Shown: piece by piece, positions 23,647 through 35,484 of the stretch | Layout: each line of letters starts with the position of its first letter | Numbering within the stretch: the stretch's first letter is position 1 | Source: Gracilinanus agilis | Lineage: Eukaryota | NCBI RefSeq assembly: GCF_016433145.1 | Contig: NC_058132.1 | Span: 90,411,423-90,475,422, forward strand | Direction: 5' to 3' | Length of the DNA stretch: 64,000 nucleotides | Made by a program: the position numbers and the translations under genes | Notes under the pieces: generated by a model | The model's input: only the letters and a program-made list of their open reading frames with translations | What the model was told of the DNA's origin: nothing | The model's database searches: none

Positions 23647-25503
23647 TTTTCCCTGAGAATAGTCACAATATTCCAGGGACCTACTGTTGGGGGAGAAGGA
23701 TATGAAGTGTCAGCACGATGTATAGAGTAACTCTTTTGTACAACCTTCAAGAGCCTTGAAGAGAGAACAATGGAAGAAGGAGAGAAGGGGTCACAAATCT
23801 GAGAACTGAGTCATAATCCCTATCCTGAAGGAATGTCCCCCTCCAGTTGGTTGGAATAGATGATCATTCAGTCTTTTCTAACTCTAAATCTATGATGCTA
23901 TGATCTCACTGTTATAGAGGAGTCAAATAAATGATTCAAGTGATTCAACATTGAATAATGTGGCTCCATTATTATGAGGAATAGATAAACTATGGTTCAT
24001 TGGGTAGAACTACGGATTCAAAGGAGAAGATCTAGCCTGAGGTCTTGAATTTGCCACTTTCTTTTTTAGCTTTATGACTTTAGATAGGCCACCAAATCTC
24101 CTTTAGCCCCAGTTTTGACATCAGTAGTACTGAGTTAATAATACACATAGTCAAAATAGATCATACCAGTCTTGTCCTCTACCTCATTCACCTAAAAAAT
24201 ATTCCAGTTTGTCATATTTTCTCTACTTTTCTCACAAGGTTTTTATTGGTATCAAATAAGGTAGTGTATATGATGTGCTTTAGATCAATATAGAGTTTAT
24301 AAATATATGCTAATATAATTGATTTTATTAACTAAATGATCAACATAGGGCTTACTATCAATTAAGGAAAGTTGTCTCAATCTAATCATTCTGCTCAATC
24401 TGACACTTCTGCCCTTTCACCTGATTCCCATTAAAAAATCCATCCCTTTGAATCTTGTGTGATGGGAATCTCTCAGTGCTCAATCAAGTCTGGGTCTGAT
24501 ATGGGACTTCTGAAATCTGTATGTGTTAAGTATTTGTATTTATATCAGTGTAACTAGTTTAGATTGTAGTCCCATAGGATACCTAACAAGGTATATATTC
24601 AGAACAACATCTCATCTTTTTAAATACTTAACATTTCATGTGACAAATGAGACATTAATATAAATGAAGGAAGTAGTTATAGCAATGACAATTTAAGCAG
24701 TCTGGTACTTTCAAAAAGAGTGGACATAGAATTAGAGGGCAAGGTCTCAAGTTTTTGATCACCACTTCAGGGCAATCTTGAGCAACCTATTTAGTAACTA
24801 TGAATTTTGATTATATCATATGTAAGAGGGATTTATGTCAGCTGCATAGAGTTACTGGGAAGATCACATGAGCATGAAAGTGAGAAGACTTTAATTTCCA
24901 AATCCTATGATATTGTAAAGATATAATTGTGATAAACAGTGGTATAGAAGAGAGTAATGATTTTGATTTGTTGACTAATTTTTACTTGACCTTGTTTATT
25001 TCCAGGCCTGTATTTCAATACAGGCAACATTACAACTCATTATTTGGATAACATTTATTATAACTCATTTTGTCACATATTGTTTAATTACATTTTTATT
25101 ACTTAGAAAACTGTTAAAGATTTCAGTGTTGATAAAATAAACCCTGTTTATTTATTTGAACTCTGTTTATAAAGGCTTATATTTTTTCCTACTTTTACAT
25201 ACTCCCATACTCACCAGTTCAAATGACTAAAGAGTTTTTTAATTGTGTATCCCTTAAAAATTTTAATATGCTTGATAATTTTGGTATTTAATGCATTCAT
25301 TATAATATAATTATGAGTAGTCCATTCAGTAGATCAAATTATACCTCAGCATCTCAAAAATCTCTCAATATGCTGGCAGTGTTACAATGCAATATTTTAA
25401 CATCTGGTGCTTACCATGAAATAACTGGACTATGTAGCTATTATCCCTCATTTTCATTATGTGATTGACTGCTTCTGATCATATATTTACCATTGTTTTA
25501 TGG

Positions 25504-26551
25504 TGTAATGCAGGGTTTGCAGCAAAAGCTTTTTGCTTTTGCAAATTCAATTATAACAGCCCTGGCAATTAGAAGTTTTAGAATGTTTACAAAAAACAGT
25601 TGGAGCCTGAGACTATAAATAGTCCTGAAGTTCCAACTGAGAGGCTTTTGTTGTTTGGGTCTTGGCTCTTGCTTTTTGGCTTCTGCTTTGGCCTGTGCTT
25701 ATTGTCTTTGGGACATTTGGACCTAGTCTGATTTCTCTGGACCTCTCCCTGATCTCTCCATTTACATCCCTACTATTTCCCTGAATTTCCCCATTGGGCC
25801 CTGGGAGGAAGGGTGGTTTTGGTGGTTGGACACTGTGGGTTTAGCTTCTGTGGGCAAATAGGACATCCTAAATCAAGCCACCCCCTATTTAGTGATCTGA
25901 TAAATATTTTACTTCAGGGCAGTGAAACTTTCCTGACTGGGAGAGCAGGCCACTCTCAGTCTGACTCCCTTCTCTGTGACCCTTCCCGCAACACCAGCTT
26001 TCTCCCTAGCAGCAGTTGCAAAATCCTGAAACCCTCTCTCCCTCAACTCGTCCCTGCCATCATTAAATCCCCTTTGTTACCTATACAAAAGCCTCTGTTG
26101 AATTATTGTATTGAATATTAAGGCAAAGGGTGAAGTGGGAAGAAATTACTTTCCTTTTATTTCTTGAGGAAAACCTAGGCATCCATCTTGGACAGGAAGT
26201 ACCCAGACATTCAATTTCACTGGCAGGGAGGAGCCTTCTTTGACTCCTCCCTCAAAGGACTTTAGAAATTAACAAGAGAAACCCTTTCCCTGCCTGAAGA
26301 ACTCAGCCTTATTTCCTCCCATTACCCTCTGTCTCTAACCTCACTGACTAGCCTGTTTGACCAGCCCTTCCTATATACTCCCATTCATTCCCTTACCTTC
26401 CTATATACAACCCATTCATCCCTTCATTACTTGCCTAACCCCTTTACTCCTCCCTATACAAGATTGCCTATTCATTCCCTTAACTCAGCCATCGCCCTTT
26501 ATCCCTTTTATCCCTCCTCTTATCAACATTTTGCCTTACTTCTTTATAACA
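25504..26551 (+). mobile_element. Solo LTR (~1.05 kb, ERV1-like) with 4-bp TSD
   Basis: Begins tgtaat, ends ataaca; TSD atgg at 25500-25503 and 26552-26555; tataaata at 25614-25621. Confidence 0.75.
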
Positions 26552-27089
26552 ATGGTAATTTGAGGGTACATGTAGATGCAGAAAACCTTTGACAAAGTAT
26601 AACATTTATTTTTTGCTTTAAAAAAGCCTATGAAACCTAAGCATAAAATAATCTATTTCTTAATTTTTAAAAAGCTATCAAAACCACAATCTATCATTAT
26701 ATGCAATGGAAAACATTGGAGGCTTTATCTAAATATAGATGATTTAAAAAGAATGCTCCCTTTTCTGCAGTGTTTTTTTTATTATGCAAGGAAAATACTT
26801 GAGAAAATAAATAGCTTCAGTCAAGTAGGACACAAAAACTCAGTAAAATTAATTGGATTATTATATAGCATTGAAAAAACCTTACACTACCCATGTGTAC
26901 CTTAGTGTTACTAAACCACAGGTTTCAATAAGTAAGAATGATTATTTATTGCCCCAAATTTTATCATGTCTAGTAACATTTTCTGAGTTCTTTTAGGTGG
27001 ACACCTTTATTACAACAAGAATGACCAGGATATATAGTGGTGGTCTTTAAGTTTACAGGTTTTTGCTTGCTTTTAAAAACAAAATCACA

Positions 27090-28817
27090 ATGACAGTCCT
27101 ACCTAAATTAATTTACTTATTCAGTGCCATACCAATCAAACTACCAAAAGAACTACTATCAAACTAGAAAAAATAATAATGAAATTCATATGGAAGAACA
27201 AAAGGTCAAAAATATCAAGGGAACTGATAAAAAAGACAATGTGATGGATGGTGACCTAGCAGTACCAGATCTTAACCTGTACTATAAAGTAGTAAGCATC
27301 AAAACATTCTGATTCAGGTTAAGAAATAGAAAGGTAGATCAAATGGGATAGACTAGGGGTAAATGACCTCAGCAACCTAATGTTTGACAAATCCAAAGAT
27401 CCCAGCTTTTGGGATAAGAACTCACTACTCAACAAAAACTTGTGGGATAATTGGAAAAAAGAATGACAAAAATTAGGTTTAGATCAATATCTCACACCCT
27501 ATACCAAGATAAGGTAAAGATGGACTTATGATTTAAACATAAAGAGTGATATTATAAGTAAATTAGGTAAATGTACACTAGTTGACCTGTCAGATCTATA
27601 GAGAAGGGAAGAATTTAAGACCAACCTAGAGATAGAGAATATTATAAGATATAAAATGAATAATTTTGATTATATTAAATTAAAAAGATTTTGTACAAAC
27701 AAAACCAATGTGACCAAGATTAGAATGGAAGCAACAAACTGGGGGGGGGGGCAATTATAACAAATTTCTTGATAAAGTCTCATTTCTCAAATATATAAAG
27801 AACGGAATCAAATTTATAAGAATACAAGTCATTCCCCAATTGATAAATGGCCAAAGGTTATGAATAGGCAGTTTTCAGATGAAGAAATCAAAGCTATCAA
27901 TAATCACATTTAAAAAGTTCTAAATCCCTCTTGATCAAAGAAATGCAAATTAAAACAATTCTGAGGCACCACCTTATACCTAGCAGACTGGTCAATATGA
28001 CAGTAAAGGAAAATAATAAATGTTGGAGGGGATGCGGCAAAATTGGGACACTAATGTATTGCTGGTGGAGTAGTGAATTGATCCAACCATTCATAAAGGC
28101 AATTTGGAATTATGCCCAAAGGGCTTTAAAAGAATGCATAGCTTTTGATCCAGCAATAGCACTACTAGGTCTGTATCCCAAAAAGATTTTTTTTAAGTGG
28201 GAGAGGGCCTATGTGTACCAAAAATATTTATAGCTGCATTTTTTGTGGTGGCAAAGAGTTGAAAACTAAATGGATGTCCATCAATTGGGGAATGGCTGAA
28301 CAAATTGTGGTATATGGTGATGGAATACTATTGTGCTGTAAAGAATGATGAATTCAGAAAGAACTGGAAAGACCTACTTGAAATGATGCAGAGTAAAATA
28401 AGCAAAATTAGGAAATCATTATACACAGTAACAAATATTGTGGGACAATCAAATATGATAGACTTTGCTACTAACAGCAATACAAAGATCCAGGACAATC
28501 TGGGACTTATGAAAAAGAATGCTATCTACCTCCAGAGAAAAAACTGTTGGAGTAGAAATGCATATGAAAATATATGATTTGTCAATTGTTTATTTGGATA
28601 TGTGATTTGGGGTTTTGGTTTCATAAGATTATTCTCTTATAAAAATGAATAATATGGAAATAGGTTTTGAATGATAATATATGTATAACCCAGTGAAACT
28701 GCTTGCCAGCTCCAGGAGTGGGGAGAGAAGAGGGGAGGAAGACAACACAAATCATGTAACTTTGGCAGACGTGTAAATAGTTACTAGTATAAAATAAAGA
28801 TGGCATTAAAAAATGAA
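27090..28817 (+). mobile_element. 5'-truncated L1 (ORF2 3' third + 3'UTR) with 16-bp TSD
   Basis: ORF2 peptides (CWRGCGKIGTLMYCWW, FDPAIALLGLYPK); TSD taaaaaca(a/g)aatcaca at 27074-27089 and 28818-28833. Confidence 0.92.
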
Positions 28818-29264
28818 TAAAAACAGAATCACAGAATTTCTATCTCAGTTTTAGAGTTAGAAGGGACTTTAGATATAATCTAATCCAACTCACACCTAAG
28901 CAAGAATCTTCCCCACAATGTTCCCATCAAGTAGTTATCTAGCATTTGCTTGATGAGCTTCAATGGAGGAACCTACTTTCTCTCAAAACACCATATTCCA
29001 CTTTTCGCTAGCTTTAATTGCTAGCAAATGTTTATTCATATCAAGGAGAGTTTCTCTGCAACTTTCTGGTTCTTCACTCTAGGGCCAAGAAGAATAAATC
29101 TAAACCATCTTCTTCATAAGTCATCCAATTACTTTAAATTATCTGCTATTATTATGTTTGCCCGAAGTCATCTCTGAACATCAGGTAGTCATCAGTCCTT
29201 TCCATACAAATCTCCTTCATACTTCTGGCTATTTCTGGATTTTCTCCTACCAATTTCTTTTGAG

Positions 29265-30156
29265 TGTAATGAATAAGTGGGTCAACAGGGGCCTTGAGCT
29301 GGTATCAGGCTAGCAGGAGGATAGTGCTGGTTGTTAGGATGGAGTGAGCAACCTCAGTTGGGCTTGAAACTTGTTATGAAAGTACAAGCATCCAAACCCT
29401 GAGAACTGAGTGCCCAGTGAAACCTCACTGCCACCCACAAGGCTCCTTCAAGATGTCAGGCAGCCAGCCCCACCCTGCTGTGGAAACAGCCTCCTATTGC
29501 TTAATGGCAAACTGGCAAGAAGTGGATGTATAGCTTCCTGCCCCTCAGCAATGGAGCTTGTGCCAGCCCTAACAGCTCAGAATCCTTGCCTGTTGCCTGT
29601 CCTCCTAGCCTTAGCTGGTAGGGAAATAACCATAGGATGCACTGGTTAAGGCTATGGGGCTTATTGGTAACAAGGCAATGGTAAGAGGGTTAGGAAATGC
29701 TAAAATCTGTCCTTGAGGTTTATCTGGCTAAAGCTGGTAGAGTTCATGGAAAGTCTAGGCTGACCGAGGGCAGCCCTCTGCCAGAGTGAAGCAGTCTCTG
29801 GTTAGGAAATTGAGGTGATCTATTAGCTAATCTTGTAGATGATGATAATTAATATTGAGGGACTTTAGAAGATTTGGTCCTAATATCCTAGTTCCCACGT
29901 TCTCACTCCCACCACTCTCTTCCAATCCCACCACCCTTTTCTCCCACCTCCCAGGCCCAGGGGAAGGGTAGATGAGTGGTCAGGACAAAGTCAGGTCAGG
30001 GAAGAACCCAGCTCTGGGTTTCCAGGGCTTTTTATACTCTCAGCTCAATTGCCAGTTGGTAAATGTCCAGGGCTCATGCCCTCTTCAACATTCCATCCAG
30101 GACAAGTGACAGGTTTGCCCTAAGCCAACATGGCAGTGCTAAAATCCTATATTACA
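29265..30156 (-). mobile_element. Solo LTR (892 bp, ERV1-like) with 4-bp TSD
   Basis: Perfect 6-bp terminal inverted repeats tgtaat...attaca; TSD tgag at 29261-29264 and 30157-30160; minus-strand TATAAAAA at 30029-30036 gives the orientation (less certain). Confidence 0.8.
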
Positions 30157-30469
30157 TGAGTCACATCATCAACCTTCAGAACCAAAGAAATTACTTTATA
30201 ATCATAAAATCTAATTCTTCATAATTAGCTGTTCAGTTGTTCTCTCTCTTTCTTTCTCTGTGTTGTAAGATTCTTTTCAGTCTATTCATATACATTTTTC
30301 CCTTTCTTTTCTCTTTGCAATTCTTCCCCTTCTTAAAAAGACTTGAAAAGTACCATGGCATAGAAGATAAATGACTGAATTTCACATCAGGAGGCCTTAT
30401 TAAAGTATTTGGTGCAGTCATTGACTAATAATTTAAATTCGTAGGAACTGAGTTTATTTGTTTGTTTGT

Positions 30470-30562
30470 TTTTTGAATTTTTAAACCCTTAACTTCTGTG
30501 TATTGGCTCATAGGTGGAAGAGTGGTAAGAGTGGGCAATGGGGGTCAAGTGACTTGCCCAGT
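30470..30562 (-). mobile_element. Truncated SINE1_Mdo-type SINE
   Basis: ttttaaacccttaacttctgtgtattggctcataggtggaagagtggtaagagtgggcaatgggggtcaagtgacttgccca. Confidence 0.8.
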
Positions 30563-33500
30563 GGAATTAAGTTTATATCCATATAAAATGTAGATAATGA
30601 TACCAGTACTCCAATCTTCACAGTGCTATTGTGAGGAAAAGGTTTTGCAAACTTTTGCTATGTAAATCTGATTTGTTATTGTTTCCAGAGCCATTTCATT
30701 CTCCTGAAAACATGGAAGCTAGAAAAGTATTCTTCCAATCTGTTTACCTTCTCCTCTAACAGAGAAGATACTGAGTTAATACATAGTTATTACTTAAACT
30801 AGCAGCAACACAAACATGAGATTCTCTACATTTCACTGCAAAATTCTACTTATTGTTCATGCTTGCTTCTGTATTCTCTTATCAACGTGGAGACTGAGGA
30901 GCAGAGCAATTTTTGCCAGCAGGAAAGAGGTTCTGAAGGATGGTGGAATGCCATCCACAAAAAAGGAATCCTGAGAACCTTTGAACTCTGAGGGAAGGAA
31001 AAAGATCTGAGTGCAGATGCATACTAGTAGGGAACCAATAACAACTGAAAAGCTATCCCTAACTGAACATAATCACATTCAGTTGGAACTTTAGTAGAAT
31101 CATTGTCTCACTTAAAGAGGAATCTACAGGGATAGAATTTCACTTTTTCTTTGACTTGACCTGCCTTACTATGCCTGGGAACTGGTGAATTTATCCATTT
31201 TCTTTACTTCTCCCTCCTCACCTGCCTCATAGTCACCTGGCACACCTTAGGAGTCTTCTGTTCTCCTTGATCCTAGTTTGTTTTCTATATGTACTTTTTT
31301 AGTATTTTTTCTCCAGATAAACTAATTTTTATTTCATTCCAAGCAAGTTTTTGATATAAAAGAGTCTATCACCTGGGGAAAGGAAGAGAAAAACAACTGA
31401 GAAGCTGTGAGGCTAATAGCCCTACACTTAACCATGAGCTTATATTAAGCTCTATGATGACATAAAAAAGGGCTTCATTGGATTGATATGATTTTTCCTG
31501 TTAGTAGGTCTTATGGTGATATGTCTGTTTCCTTTGGCTGTTCTTCTTACAGGTTGCTTATGCTCTGGAGTACCAAATAAGACCTTTCCTATATCTATCA
31601 GATCTTTTCTCATGATCTCATAAACAGCAATGTTCAGCTGCCCTTTACTGACTTAGAGAATTTTTCCTAAAGCCTCATGCAAATGTAAAGTGTAACTCAA
31701 ACTCTTTCCATGCATTGCCTTTCATATCTTCCTAGGAAAGGTTAAGAATGTGGCTGGGCAAGTAGAAGAGACACTGACCTTGTTCCTCTTGAATTAATAT
31801 TACTTCTATTCCTTTACCAACCCATTCATCAACATGGAAGAAACTGAAAGGTTCGGAATTGGAAAAGAGTCCTTCTAAATTTTTTTTTAATTTTGATGAA
31901 CAGAAATCTATTTTATTTCTTTCTATCTCCCACTAAGGAAGGGAAGAATCTTGTAACAAATATTCCCAGACAAATTTCCAATTGGTCATGCCCCAAAAGA
32001 AAAGTTATATGACAATCTGGCTCATAATCTATGATATGATTGTAATGATTTGGCATATGTGTTGGGAATAGGGAACTAACTTAGGGAGTTTATGCTGGAG
32101 CTCACTTTGGAATTTTTATGAATTTTCAGGGCATGTAAGTCAATGAGTAAGTAAGTATACTTTGAGAGGAAGAAATAATCTTCTTATTAGTCACTGTACA
32201 TCGAGTTGGTGACTATATGGAACTTTAAAATGGAGTGACTCAAACCCAGTTGCCCTCTTCTTTTCCTGCTTGAAGAAAATGGCAAGAGTATTATAGCCTT
32301 CCCAATGAGGGGCATGGGGTAGCATGGTACTTTTTACTACTGTTGAAATAATACTGGTTATGATCCACATATCAACTAGAACTTAGATTCAGCTAGATGC
32401 TATTACTTTTCATTAACATATATGATTGAAAAGTGATCCTGAGATAAGTGTGCCCAGCCTTGAAGATAGTTTTGCTTATATGAGTTGTGAATCAGCAAGG
32501 TCTCAAATAAAAGCACAAGTTCTAGACTCGGCTTGTTTTGCAAATATATAGAGTCAAAGTAAGTTATTTGAATAGAAGAGGGCCAAGACAAAAAAATGCT
32601 TCTTTAGCAGTCCTAGTAAATGATTTATGTTTTAATGGCTTTAAGTTTTCCACCAATATACAATAATAAGTAATAAAGTACAGAATCCTCTTTTGTTTCT
32701 TCATCAATGAGCACTAGTAAAATCCTTTTGTGCTAAACATATCTTTGTGTAAATGAAATAAGTAGCTGTCCCATATCTGATTTAAATTATACTTTGAGAA
32801 TATTTCTACTTCATCATTTGGTGGACCCAAGATATTAACCAAAAGCTAGTCTTTAAGTAAATTTCCTCCACATTTCTGGGAATATGATACAATTAGACAA
32901 AGAGTAAGAAAAAAAAGAATCTGATTTCCTCTCCTAGATAAATAGGTTCCCTTAAGATTGAATGTAGGGGACTTCCTGGTTAAGATGGTGGCAGAGTAAA
33001 AAGCAGCTGCTTAACCTCTCCTAACTGAAACATATAGGACTCTTCAAGAAGACATAAAAACAAATCCAGAGGAACGAAGGGACCCCACAACAGGGCGCAG
33101 AATTGGAGGTACATGGAATCGGGGCATTTCCATGCTATAAAGAGGTGAAACAGCTCGCACTAAAACACGAGCTGAACAATCCCCTCCCCCACCCCACCGC
33201 ACCTACAGTGCCAAAGCCAGCACACAAAAGTTAGAGCAAGTTTGAGGCACACATTAAGTCCTTGGCAGCGACCTGGGGTCACCAGAGCCTGCTCCTGAGA
33301 GCAGCAAGACTTAAGACCCCAAGAGGCTAAAGAACTCACGGACTTTGAACACAGACCCTGAGTGCAGGCACAAGTGCAGGTGCAGAAGCAAACACAGACA
33401 TGGATCCTGAGTGCAGGTGAGGACTCGGATCCTGAGCACAGGCACGGACCTTGAGTGGGGACCCAGTGCAGAGGGGTGCCCAACTGTGGAAGCAGCACCC

Positions 33501-33654
33501 TGAGACTGTTAAAGGAGCCTTGGGCAGAAGAACAAGCAAGGGGACCATCAGGAGGCTTGACCCTGAGAACAACTAGACCTGAGACCTCAGGAGCCTAAAG
33601 AGCACAGACAGATTCTGAGTGTGAGGATAAACCTGAGAGGGCACAGGGCTAACA

Positions 33655-34782
33655 ATGGCAAGCCAGAGACAAGAACCCCAAAAGAGAAAGATCATCAAGA
33701 AGAAATCTATAACACTCAACAACTTTTACACAGATAAAATCCAGACAACAGAGCAAACAGCAGAGGAGAACAAACAAGTAATCATATCCAAATTTTCCCA
33801 AAAGAATGAAAACTGGCCAAAAGCTATTGAAGAGTTCAAATCTGAAATGATGAGAAAGATGGAAGAGATTTGGTGAGAGAAGTGGGAAATAGCTCAAAAG
33901 GAAATTAACAGGTTAGAAGACAGAAACTCCCAATTGTAGAAAGATGCCCAAAAATCAAACAAAATGGTAAACAAATTAGAAACCAAAATCTGGCAAGAAA
34001 ATAACAGTTTGAAAGGCAGAATTTCACAATTGGAAAGTGAGGCAAGTAAATTGAAGACCAGAAATGACCAGATTGAAAAGGAAAACCAAAAGATTATAGC
34101 CGAAAACAAGTCCCTAAAGGCTAGAATTGAGCAATTAGAAGCTAATGATCTCTCAAGACAGCAAGAACAAATAAAACAAAGTCAAAAGACTGATAAAATG
34201 AAAGGAAACATGAAATATCTCAATGAGAAAGTGACAGACCAAGAAAACAGGTCTAGAAGAGACAATCTAAGAATCACTGGTCTTCCTGAAAAAGCAGAAA
34301 TTAATAGAAATTTGGACTCCATACTAAAAGAAATTATTCAGCAAAATTGCCCTGAAGTTCTACAACAAGAGGGCAAATAGACATTGAAAAGATCCATAGA
34401 TCACCCTCTACACTAGATCCAGAAAAGACAACCCCCAGGAATATAATAGCCAAATTCAAGAGCTTCGAAGTAAAAAAATTTACAAGAAGCCATAAAGAGA
34501 CAATTCAGATTTCAAGGAGCACAAATCAGGATCACACAGGATCTTGCAGCCTCCATGCTAAAAGACCGCAAGGCTTAGAATATGATATTCAGAAAGGCAA
34601 GAGAACTGGGTCTACAACCAAGGATTACCTACCCATCAAAACTAACTATATACTTTTAGGGGAAAATTTGGGCATTCAACAAAATAGAAGATTTCCAAGT
34701 ATTTGCACAGAAAAGACCAGGACTAAATGGAAAGTTTGATATCTAACCACAAAAATCAAGAGAAACATGAAAAGGTAAATAA
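33655..34782 (+). pseudogene. L1 ORF1p, disrupted
   Basis: MASQRQEPQK..., coiled-coil heptads and ENRSRRDNLRITGLPE motif; in-frame stops (e.g. tga 33874-33876) and frameshifts. Confidence 0.92.
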
Positions 34783-35484
34783 GAAACAGAGGGGAAAGAA
34801 AGAAAACTCGTATTTTTAAAATTTGCCTCTTTAAGGGCTTCAATATGATCTAATTATTTGTATTCCTATGTGGAGAAATGTTATGTATAATTCTCTGTAA
34901 GGAACTCTATTCACTATTATAGTATTCACTATTATAGTAATTAGAAGAATTTTTCATAGGGAGAGGTTGGAATACTAAATGGTCTAAGATGATATGGGGG
35001 TGGGAAAGAAGGGGGTGAATAGTAGAGGACACCAAGAGAAACTTGAATGAATAAGAAAAATAAGATATTCTATTACACACAAAGAGGGCATGGGAAGGGG
35101 AAGGGATGAATACTATTATGAGAAGGAGAGGAAGAGAGCATTAAGAGGTAATATTTAAACCTTACTCTCAGTGTAATTAACCCTGAGAGGGAAGACTAGC
35201 TTTATCCATTGGGATATAAAACTCTATCTAAACCTACTGAGAAAGTCAGAAGGGATAAACCAAAGGGAGCAAGGGAGTGGGGGAGGGAGGTCAAAAAAGG
35301 GAGGGGAGAAGAAAAGGGAGGGAATTGATTAGGCCTTAAAAATAAAAAGAGGGGAATAATAAGGGAGGGGGTAGAAAGGGAAGTAAATCAAGGGAGGGGA
35401 CAAGGGTTACTGGCATAAAGCAAATCACTGGTTTAAAAGGAAATGGTGTAGGAAGAAGGGGTAGAACTAGGAGAGGATACCAAA

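Noticed and set aside
24300-24490. Cluster of homeodomain-like TAAT motifs as a possible OR enhancer (J-element/Greek-island type)
   Set aside because: TAAT motifs are frequent in AT-rich DNA; no convincing adjacent O/E site and no conservation data.
26640-26870. Possible very old L1 RT fragment
   Set aside because: Similarity by eye is too weak to set boundaries or assert.
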